Shown: positions 56,537-64,000 of the stretch, one piece after another
Layout of the letters: every line of letters begins with the position of its first letter
How positions within the stretch are numbered: position 1 is the stretch's first letter
Source of the DNA: Trueperaceae bacterium
Lineage (GTDB): Bacteria; Deinococcota; Deinococci; Deinococcales; Trueperaceae
Assembly (NCBI GenBank): GCA_965215565.1
Contig: CBDCDZ010000004.1
Coordinates: forward strand, 1,408,001-1,472,000
Reading direction: 5' to 3'
DNA length: 64,000 nucleotides
Translations under genes and position numbers: made by a program
Notes under the pieces: generated by a model
The model's database searches: none
What the model was told of the DNA's origin: nothing
What the model saw: only the letters and a program-made list of their open reading frames with translations

Positions 56537-57048
56537 TCGGCGTCCACGAGACAGACAAACCTGAATGGAAACAACTCGGGGAACAACTCGGGGACCTCTC
56601 GGACCCTTTCATCGCAACCGATGAGCGCAACCCCGACGACGCACCCCTTCAACTTCTGAATGAGTTCGACCGCCGCTACGAGCTGTGCGCCCGTCTCTGA
56701 CCAGTCGTCCACGAGGAGCACGCGCTCGCCCGGCTGCACTGCGTCTTCGGCCAGCTCGAGCCCCTTCACCTCGCCGCTGTAATTCGCAATTTTCGTGCTC
56801 ACGGTATGCCAAGGAATTTTGCCCTCTTTGCGAATGAGAACGAGCCCGGCTCCGAGTGAAACGGCGACGCTGCCACCCAACGTAAAGCCGAGCGCATCTA
56901 ACGCAGCGACTTTCTCAACCCCGCTGTTTCGGAACGGCTCAGCTAAATCTTTCGTCACTCGCCCGAACGCCGCAGCGTCCGCGAAAAGAGGCGTGAAGTC
57001 GTAGCGATTGCGCCCCGCCATCTCCCTGATGTACCTCTCGAAATCCAA
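56533..57048 (-). CDS. apt: Adenine phosphoribosyltransferase-like protein
   Basis: D.TPL, DALGF..G, IRK.GK.P, VLLVDD..ETG PRPP motif. Confidence 0.8.
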   Translation of the reverse strand: MDFERYIREMAGRNRYDFTPLFADAAAFGRVTKDLAEPFRNSGVEKVAALDALGFTLGGSVAVSLGAGLVLIRKEGKIPWHTVSTKIANYSGEVKGLELAEDAVQPGERVLLVDDWSETGAQLVAAVELIQKLKGCVVGVALIGCDERVREVPELFPELFPFRFVCLVDAE

Positions 57049-57051
57049 GGC

Positions 57052-58218
57052 TTACACCCGCTGCTCGACGCCGCGCTTGATCCGCTGCAAGGCTTCCTCC
57101 ACAATCGCACGAGAGGTAGCGAAGTTCAGCCGCGTGAAGCCCTCGCCGCCCGGACCGTACGCGGGACCACTGTTGAGACCGACTTTGCAGTCCTCCAACA
57201 AGAAGTCGTGCACATCCTTGCCCACATCCAGCGCGCTAAAGTCCATGAAGCTGAGGTAGGTCCCTTCCGGCACGGCGTGCTTGACTTCCGGCAAATGCTC
57301 GCCCAAAAAGCTGCTCACGAACTGCCGGTTGTCGTCCAGATAGTCCATCATGCTCGCGTACCACGCCTGCGAACGCTCATACGCTGCCACCGTCGCGGTC
57401 TGCGCCATCACGTTAGGCGGCGCGACCAGGTAGCCCGCGACCTCTTTCACGCGCTTCAAGAGCTGCGGATTTTGCGCGATCAAAAAGCCGATTTTGAGCC
57501 CGGCGATGTTGAACGTTTTTGTAGGACCGTAGAGCGTCACGGTGCGCTCCGCGACCTCTTCGCTCAGCGAGGCGAAGGGGATGTGCTCGTGCTCTTTGTA
57601 GGTTAGATCGCTGTGAAGCTCGTCCGAGACCACCCACAGGCGGTGACGCAGGGCGAACTCAGCAAGCGCCTCCAACTCCTCACGGCGGAAGACGCGCCCG
57701 GTGGGATTGTGCGGGTTGCAGAGCATCATAAGGCGCGTGGCTGGCGTGACCTGCTCCTCCATCTTGTCAATGTCGATGGTCCAGTCGTCGCCCGTAAAGG
57801 TAAGTTGGCTATATACAGGCGTCCTGCCCATGTCCTTGATTGCCGTCATGAAAGGAGGATAGAGCGGGGTGTGAATCAAGACCTCTTCGCCCGGACCTGC
57901 TAACGCCAACGCGCCCAGGTAGAGCCCCGGTACGATGCCGTTAACGAGGTGGATGTCACCAGGTTCGACGTCCCAACTGTAGCGCTCCGCCAACCTCTTC
58001 TGCACCGCCTCTTTGAGCCCCGGCAGGCCTTCCGGTTTCGGATAGCCGAAGTTGTCACCTCGCGCGTAGTCTAAAAGCGCCTCGCGAATGGGCTCCGCGA
58101 TCGGAAAGTCCATGTCCGCCACCCACAGAGGGAGCACGTCGTTGTCAAAGCGCTGCCACTTCATGCAGTCTTTTTCTCTCAATATCTCTTTGTCGAGTTG
58201 ATCAAAAGGATGAGGCAT
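57052..58218 (-). CDS. MalY/PatB family PLP-dependent C-S lyase
   Basis: LPLWVADMDF, LCNPHNPTGRV, SDE.H, KTFNIAG, RLNFAT. Confidence 0.92.
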   Translation of the reverse strand: MPHPFDQLDKEILREKDCMKWQRFDNDVLPLWVADMDFPIAEPIREALLDYARGDNFGYPKPEGLPGLKEAVQKRLAERYSWDVEPGDIHLVNGIVPGLYLGALALAGPGEEVLIHTPLYPPFMTAIKDMGRTPVYSQLTFTGDDWTIDIDKMEEQVTPATRLMMLCNPHNPTGRVFRREELEALAEFALRHRLWVVSDELHSDLTYKEHEHIPFASLSEEVAERTVTLYGPTKTFNIAGLKIGFLIAQNPQLLKRVKEVAGYLVAPPNVMAQTATVAAYERSQAWYASMMDYLDDNRQFVSSFLGEHLPEVKHAVPEGTYLSFMDFSALDVGKDVHDFLLEDCKVGLNSGPAYGPGGEGFTRLNFATSRAIVEEALQRIKRGVEQRV

Positions 58219-58284
58219 AGTCCAGCGTATCAGAAGCGAGGAATAAGAAGTGAGGAGCAGGAAGCAAGAAGTAAGAAGTGAGAT

Positions 58285-58399
58285 TAAAGCAGTTCACAGA
58301 AGTACTGAATTGGAATAGCGCAAGTATCATTCAAGAACGTGCGTGCCCGTCAATGTTCCCTAACGTGGGATTGGCTCAAACCAAATGATACTTGCTATA
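58285..58399 (-). mobile_element. MITE-like dispersed repeat (short type)
   Basis: Reverse complement tatagcaagtatcatttggtttgagccaatcccac...gcacgcac...gcgctatt..tacttct..aactgc aligns with 49037-49151. Confidence 0.75.
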
Positions 58400-58480
58400 A
58401 AAGGTTCCTACTTTCTACCTCTTGCCCCCTCAGCTCGAGCACTCCCCCAATACCCTCGCGAGAACGGTAGACTGTCCGCT

Positions 58481-59458
58481 ATGGAGTTAGAGATCAACAT
58501 CCCCGACTGGGCGACGCACATCGTGTCCGACCTGACCGACATGGACAGAAACCCGCATGAGGTGGACAAGGAGAGGGTGAGCCGTTTCTCCCTCAATCTT
58601 CCGGGCGACGTCTATCTCGAATACGCTTTTTTGGACGCCGAAGGCGAGATGAAGGCTGACCCCGAGAACGAGGTGCGCGGGCGCAGCATCTGGTACCCCG
58701 AGGTGAGCGCGGTCTACGGTCCTGAGTATGAGGCTGAGCCGTACGCTCAGATTGACGAGGAGGAGGTCGACGTGGGTGAGACGAAGCGGGAGCGGCTCGA
58801 GTCCGACCTCTTAAACCAAACGCGCCGCCTGAGCCTCTACACGCCCCAGGGGTACGAAGACGAACCGCTGCCTGTCGTCTATATCCAAGACGGCACCGCC
58901 TTTTACCGCTTCGCCAAGCTCCACCTGACGCTCGAGAAGCTGATCGAAGATGACCTCGTCCGCCCCGCCCACCTCGTCTTTATCGAGCCGATGGACCGCG
59001 CGAAGGAATACGGCTACAACGAAACCTACCGCCGCTTCATGTTCGAAGAGGTCATTTCGCTTGTTGAAGATAAATTAAAGACGACTGATGAGCGAACCGC
59101 GATGGGCGCGAGCTTGGGCGGCTTGGCGAGCACGCTCTTAGCTTGGGACAAGCCAGAGGTATTCGGCACCGTCGTCGCCTTTTCGGGCGCATACTTGGGT
59201 ACGCCTGAATCTAAAGAATTTTATTGGGACGAAGATTCGTGGTTTTTAGAGGCGCTTAAATCCGAAGAGGTCAAACCGATACGGTTTTATAACGACGTGG
59301 GGACGTTGGAGTGGCTGACTGACATCAACCAAGAGGTTGCTGAAGTTTTAGATGAAAAAGGCTACGAGCACGTTTTTGAAACGCGAAATGCGGGGCACAA
59401 CTGGGTGAATTGGAAGAACGGGTTTCGGGGAGCGTTGGAATTTGCGCTGAAACCGTGA
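58481..59458 (+). CDS. Alpha/beta hydrolase (Fes/esterase family)
   Basis: YTP.GY, PVVY.QDG, GASLGG nucleophile elbow, GHNW..W. Confidence 0.88.
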   Translation: MELEINIPDWATHIVSDLTDMDRNPHEVDKERVSRFSLNLPGDVYLEYAFLDAEGEMKADPENEVRGRSIWYPEVSAVYGPEYEAEPYAQIDEEEVDVGETKRERLESDLLNQTRRLSLYTPQGYEDEPLPVVYIQDGTAFYRFAKLHLTLEKLIEDDLVRPAHLVFIEPMDRAKEYGYNETYRRFMFEEVISLVEDKLKTTDERTAMGASLGGLASTLLAWDKPEVFGTVVAFSGAYLGTPESKEFYWDEDSWFLEALKSEEVKPIRFYNDVGTLEWLTDINQEVAEVLDEKGYEHVFETRNAGHNWVNWKNGFRGALEFALKP

Positions 59459-59522
59459 GAGAGGTTTGGGGAGGGCTCGAGGCTTCCTACTACGCCCCAT
59501 CCGTAGCGCTACCATACAAAAG

Positions 59523-59550
59523 AAAAGCCCCGCACTCGGCGGGGTCTTTC
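59523..59550. terminator. Bidirectional terminator
   Basis: aaagccccgcactcggcggggtcttt between convergent genes. Confidence 0.6.
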
Positions 59551-59567
59551 CGTGTCTATAGAGACGT

Positions 59568-60236
59568 TTAGAGCACCTGCATCACGTAGTGGTCCGTCGC
59601 AGCTTCCAACCCTTCTGGGTTCGCGACGTACACGCCGCGCGTGCCGGTGAGCGCGCCGTCATTGCGAAGCTCACCTAAAATGCGGGTGATGGTAACGCGA
59701 GACGAGCCCGTGAGCGACGCTAAATCTTCGTGTGTCAGGGCGAGGGGAAGCTTGACGCCCGCTTGACCGTCCGCGCTCTGACCGAAACGCTCGGCTAAGC
59801 GCAAGAAGGCGCGGGTCACGCGAGCACCAACCGGCAACTCAGCGTCGTCGATCGCTTCGCGGCTGTTGCGCAGTTGTCGCGCCAAGCTGCGCATGATGTA
59901 GTCGCGTAGCCTGCGGTCGCCCATCGCTTGCTGCGGGTCGACGGGGGTGAGGTCAGCGTTGTGCACGGCGACGACGGTCTCCGCGTGCTGACCGCCGTCC
60001 AAGGCAGCCGTGCCGATAACGTCGCCGGGACCGTAGAGGTCAGCGATGCGCTCTTTGCCTACCGACGTTGGGACAACGGCCTTTAAGACGCCGCTGTTCA
60101 CGATGTAAAGTGAGCTAGCGTCGCGTCCTTCTTCGTACAGAACGTCGTCAACCTCTAAAGTGCGCGTCGGCAAGGCTAAGGTATTTGGGACGACGTTGGG
60201 GGAGAAGCCTAAGTCTGTAGTATGAGTATCTAACAT
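59568..60236 (-). CDS. Crp/Fnr family transcriptional regulator
   Basis: cNMP-binding-like N-domain; LTHEDLASLTGSSRVTITRIL HTH. Confidence 0.92.
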   Translation of the reverse strand: MLDTHTTDLGFSPNVVPNTLALPTRTLEVDDVLYEEGRDASSLYIVNSGVLKAVVPTSVGKERIADLYGPGDVIGTAALDGGQHAETVVAVHNADLTPVDPQQAMGDRRLRDYIMRSLARQLRNSREAIDDAELPVGARVTRAFLRLAERFGQSADGQAGVKLPLALTHEDLASLTGSSRVTITRILGELRNDGALTGTRGVYVANPEGLEAATDHYVMQVL

Positions 60237-60660
60237 AGGTGTAGACCTTTCTTGAATGTAGGATGTAAGGGGTAAAGCTATTTGAGATGGGTGTTGAGAA
60301 GGTTACTTAGGTGATCCGTTAGTGATTTGCCTGGGTGGGAGGACTATGCCTCTATCTGTTGATAATTTTACCTTATATATTAAGGCATGTCAAGGGGTGT
60401 ATCGTGTTTTGTAAGCGTGAAAAATTGTGTCCTAGACGGTATTTTTAGCGCTCTCTTGACCTTTACTGTAACCCACTTAAATTAAAACCTCATGACAGCG
60501 CACCGTACAGATGTTTAAGAAAGATTTAATATTCCTAAACATCTGTAGAATATCCTCTATATGTTAATTTCTTGTGTAGATATTTCACATGTTATATGAA
60601 TTCTGTCTTGTCTATATGCAACGGCTTGAACGAGCGAAAGCCTGAAACGCTCCTAGAACG

Positions 60661-62067
60661 TCAGCGCCCGCTTTCGTATCCGAAAAGCTCGCGCTCTTTG
60701 ATGAGCTGCCCCACTTCGGAGGGCACCATCTCCTCCCAGGAGGAATCTTGGCTGCGGATTTTAGCGAGGACCTCGTGCGAGAAGATATGCAAGTAGTCTT
60801 CGTTGTAGCAGTCGATCTGCTCGAGGTAGTCGTTATGACACAGATGCTTGTAGAGGTAGCGCAGATGCGCGGGAACCTCGTACGTGTCGGTGGTGACGAG
60901 TTCGTTCGTTTCGCCGTCTCTCGTCGGATAGATGTAGAGCTTGAGGTCACCCTTAAAAAGTCGTCCGAACGCCTCTAACACGCCGCCGTCTAGGTCATCG
61001 TAAATGTCTTCGTCGAAGAGGTTGCCGATGCTCGGGATGCCCATCGCAAGCGCGATAGGCTGGCTTGAGTAGCGCCGCAAGTAGGCGGCTAGGCGGTAGT
61101 ACTCGAAATAGTTGGAGACGAGCACGATGGTGTCGGTAGCTTCGAGCACGTCCGCGCGGTCCAAGAAGTCGCGGTAGTCAAGCTCGCCGTCGGCGCGCAA
61201 ATCTTGCAGGGTCAACTCCATGATAGGGACGATGTTGTCCTCTTCGAAGCGGCGCGAGAACTGCTGACGCGCACTCTCTAAAATGTCCAAGTTGACATAC
61301 GTCACCGGGCGGAAGCGGCCGCGCTCGACCAGGATGGGCTTCTTGTAGAGCACCTCGGCGGCGTGAAGCACGCTGCCGTCTGTAGCGAACATCGCCGCTT
61401 GGCTGAGCCCTAGCTGCACCAGCTTGAGGCTGACGATGCGCGAATCCACCCCTTCGAAGGCGGGACCCGAGAGCTTGACCATGTCCACTTCGATGCGCTC
61501 GGTGGAGAGGTCGTCTAAAAGGCAGCGCAAGAAGCTGTCAGGCTCCTCGAAGTACTCGAACGCCGCGTAGATGAGGTTGACGCCCAGGACGCCTAGCGCC
61601 TCTTGCTGCGCCCGGTTCTCGCGGTCGAGCATCCGCACGTGCGTCAGAATTTGGCTGGGCTCGCCCCCCGGCGTCGCTTGGTAGCGGATGCCCATCCAGC
61701 CGTGGCACTCGTCGCCGCCATTATAGGAGCGTGCCCGCACCGTGTTCGCAAAGGCGAAGAACTGGGGTGCGTCGCGGTCTTCGGCTAACCTGTCGGTCAA
61801 GAGGTCATATTCGTATTGGAGCATCGTCTCGAGCCGCGCCCTGGATACGTAGCGCGGCGACTCGCCGTAGATGGCGTCGCTGACCGTCATGTCGTACGCC
61901 GAGATGGACTTCGCAATCGTGCCCGCCGCCGCGCCCGCTTGGAAAAACCACCGCACAACCTCTTGCCCCGCGCCGATTTCAGCAAAGGTGCCGTAGCGCT
62001 CCGAATTCATATTGAGTTCAAACGCTTTTTGCTGCGTGCCGACTTTTTGTCTGTCCGTACTGTCCAC
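60661..62067 (-). CDS. Conserved protein of the 'YGTFAEIGAGQEV' family (nucleotidyltransferase-like, function unclear)
   Basis: YGTFAEIGAGQEVVRWFF..G.A.GTIAK, RGRFRPVT..N, FGRLFK motifs. Confidence 0.75.
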   Translation of the reverse strand: MDSTDRQKVGTQQKAFELNMNSERYGTFAEIGAGQEVVRWFFQAGAAAGTIAKSISAYDMTVSDAIYGESPRYVSRARLETMLQYEYDLLTDRLAEDRDAPQFFAFANTVRARSYNGGDECHGWMGIRYQATPGGEPSQILTHVRMLDRENRAQQEALGVLGVNLIYAAFEYFEEPDSFLRCLLDDLSTERIEVDMVKLSGPAFEGVDSRIVSLKLVQLGLSQAAMFATDGSVLHAAEVLYKKPILVERGRFRPVTYVNLDILESARQQFSRRFEEDNIVPIMELTLQDLRADGELDYRDFLDRADVLEATDTIVLVSNYFEYYRLAAYLRRYSSQPIALAMGIPSIGNLFDEDIYDDLDGGVLEAFGRLFKGDLKLYIYPTRDGETNELVTTDTYEVPAHLRYLYKHLCHNDYLEQIDCYNEDYLHIFSHEVLAKIRSQDSSWEEMVPSEVGQLIKERELFGYESGR

Positions 62068-62240
62068 AACCCACCACCAAACGTTAGCTAGAGTTCACCA
62101 CCGGAACGAACGCTTTATCACCAACATATCAAAGTATCACATGTGCCGGTGCTGCGTGCCCGAAGCGAGGTTCTAAGCAGGAGGGAGACGCTGTAAGCCG
62201 CGCCCTAATGTGCGGAGCGCAGGGCGCTATAGAGTAACGC

Positions 62241-62561
62241 ATGTCAATTTCAGGAACGCTTACAGTAACGGACAACGGACAGGAGCGCAGGCTCGAGTGC
62301 TCAGGCGATTTGGAGCGGTTCAAAGTCGAGAGCACCGGCGACGTGGTGCGCGGCAAGCTCCACGTGCCCGACGAGGCGATAGGACCGCTGCAAGACGCTA
62401 TGCGCGTGCAGGCAACGAGCGACGAAGACGCCCTGGTGCACTACTCGGGCGAGGTCTACGACCAGGGTCGCGAGGGTACGAGCGTTGTTACAGACTTGCC
62501 GCTGATGGTGCGCGGCATGGACGGGGCGAACGACGTGATGTTTGAGACCAAAGGGACCTAG
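62241..62561 (+). CDS. Hypothetical protein
   Basis: Host-like codon usage; short ORF upstream of the DinB gene. Confidence 0.6.
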   Translation: MSISGTLTVTDNGQERRLECSGDLERFKVESTGDVVRGKLHVPDEAIGPLQDAMRVQATSDEDALVHYSGEVYDQGREGTSVVTDLPLMVRGMDGANDVMFETKGT

Positions 62562-63063
62562 CTTGACTCAATCTCGAGAGGTCTGGCTGCGCGGACCTCT
62601 GCCTGATACGCCGCCCCACCTACAGGGTATCGCGCACGCCCTCTTGCAAGCGCGGGAAGAGGTGGACGCGCTTACCACAGACTTCCCCGATGCGTTGCTC
62701 TGGGAAAAACCCGCCGGTGTCGCGCCTGTCGGGTTTCATTTGCAACACTTAAAAGGTGTTTTAGAGCGGCTTTTTACCTATGCGAGAGGTGAGCAGCTTA
62801 GTGAAGAACAGTTGAAGAGATTGAACGCTGAGGGTAAACGCATATCAACGACTCGAGACCTTTATGAAGCTTTTAGTGAAGAGGTTGAGCGGGCGTTGGA
62901 ACAACTGCGTAATTTGGATGAAGAGGGGTTAGTGGAGGTTAGGGAGGTGGGGCGTCAGCGCTTGCCCTCTACCGTGATAGGACTCTACACGCACGCAGCA
63001 GAACACACGATGCGGCACGTCGGACAGCTTTTGGTGACGGTGCGAATTTTAAGGAATCAGTAG
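62542..63063 (+). CDS. DinB family protein
   Basis: EVWLRGP, GFHLQH, HAAEHT.RH.GQ metal-binding histidines. Confidence 0.85.
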   Translation: MRPKGPSLTQSREVWLRGPLPDTPPHLQGIAHALLQAREEVDALTTDFPDALLWEKPAGVAPVGFHLQHLKGVLERLFTYARGEQLSEEQLKRLNAEGKRISTTRDLYEAFSEEVERALEQLRNLDEEGLVEVREVGRQRLPSTVIGLYTHAAEHTMRHVGQLLVTVRILRNQ

Positions 63064-63142
63064 TCAGAATCCAGTAGTTTCTCTTAGCTCGACCTCTTGA
63101 AATTTCGCACAATCGTCTTGTTAAGTGAGGGAGTGAGCGGCA

Positions 63143-63169
63143 TAGGGGGGATTCGTGAATCCCCCCTAC
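63143..63169. repeat. REP-like palindrome
   Basis: taggggggattcgtgaatcccccctac, related to 261-288. Confidence 0.65.
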
Positions 63170-63214
63170 CCCCTACCGCATTTGCCTCTTAACCTCTCGG
63201 TTTCTAGCCCGTCG

Positions 63215-64000
63215 TCAGTTTGTAGACGCAGCCTCCAAATCCTCCTGCAACTCCGCCTGTCTAAGCGAGCGAGTCGCTGCCAAATCGTAGAGAAGCGTAT
63301 CCGCCGCGCCCGCCTGCTGATACACACGCTGCCACCGCTCGCGCTCTTCTAACCCCAAATTGAGATGTACCACCGTCGTATTTTCTAAGGGAAGCTCAGC
63401 AGGTTGCACCGCCGCTGGCGAGTGGTCTTCGCCGTTGCCAAAAACCACTAAGACCTTCTCCCCTTCTGCCTCATTCAGATAAAACGCCGCCGCCCGCAAC
63501 GCCTCGCTCAGCCCTGTACCGAAATCCGTATCTACCTCGGTTGGCAGCGCGTCTCTCAGGGTGATGAAGAAGTCGTAGCGCTCCAACTGACTGCTCGGAT
63601 ACGTCGCGTTAAAGAGGGCGCTGTAAGTTGCGTCGAGATTCCCCGGCGCACGAATCGGGATGACGATGAGCCTGTCGCCCCGTTCTAAAAGGGCGCGTTG
63701 CGGCGACGGGTCCGCCCAGGAGAGAACCGTCTGGTTCGTCTCCTGAATGCGCTCGGCTTCGGAGCCCGTCGCGTCGATTAAAACGACGTATGTCGCCGCC
63801 TGAGTGATACCCCAACCGCTCAGGATGAGCATAAAGGCGAGCACTTCAACCGTGCGCCCACGCCCTCCACCGCGCCTTCCACCCCTTCGCACAAGGTGGC
63901 TCAGCCACACGAGCGTCCAGCCTACCGTCGTCGCCAAAAACGCCCACGTACTGTAGAGGACGCTCTGCATTTTGAGGAGAAGTCGCCCGAACGCGATCAT
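63215..64000 (-). CDS. Hypothetical protein with vWA-like domain (may extend beyond window)
   Basis: VVLIDATGS MIDAS-like motif, T.L.EAL..A, LVVFGNGED. Confidence 0.6.
   Translation of the reverse strand: MIAFGRLLLKMQSVLYSTWAFLATTVGWTLVWLSHLVRRGGRRGGGRGRTVEVLAFMLILSGWGITQAATYVVLIDATGSEAERIQETNQTVLSWADPSPQRALLERGDRLIVIPIRAPGNLDATYSALFNATYPSSQLERYDFFITLRDALPTEVDTDFGTGLSEALRAAAFYLNEAEGEKVLVVFGNGEDHSPAAVQPAELPLENTTVVHLNLGLEERERWQRVYQQAGAADTLLYDLAATRSLRQAELQEDLEAASTN

Noticed and set aside
58240..58282. Purine-rich heptamer-like tandem (gaagtaa/gaagcaa/gaagtga)
   Set aside because: Short, degenerate and seen once; no function can be supported
60572..60590. CRP or Rex box upstream of the Crp/Fnr gene
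   Set aside because: Half-site spacing fits neither consensus

Overview
A GC-rich bacterial chromosomal window. Gene content and repeat types suggest Deinococcota, probably Trueperaceae-like (inference). Most of it is housekeeping or metabolic: ulaG and a sugar ABC operon, nucleoside and polyamine-like ABC transporters, rex, rpe, glgC, moeA, icd, prfA, udg, apt, a PatB/MalY enzyme and tRNA-Arg(CCT). The standout is 3656-8794. A near-consensus sigma70 promoter precedes about 2 kb of apparently non-coding, densely structured RNA genes, followed by rsr (Ro60/TROVE) and rtcB. By eye the array holds seven Y-RNA-like units that share a Ro-binding bulged stem. Six enclose tRNA-derived bodies, opened at five different points of the cloverleaf. 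The array also holds three complete, mutually paralogous tRNAs with atypical identity elements and a ~250-nt tRNA-like RNA with a giant anticodon-arm insertion. Secondary finds are: a secreted micro-peptide gene convergent with a SARP/STAND-TPR regulator (candidate peptide-signalling pair); a low-GC HEPN-motif gene; a five-copy MITE-like family, one copy with a second repeat nested inside; REP-like palindromes; and two pseudogenised or frameshifted loci. All RNA structures were read by eye and need covariance-model or experimental confirmation.
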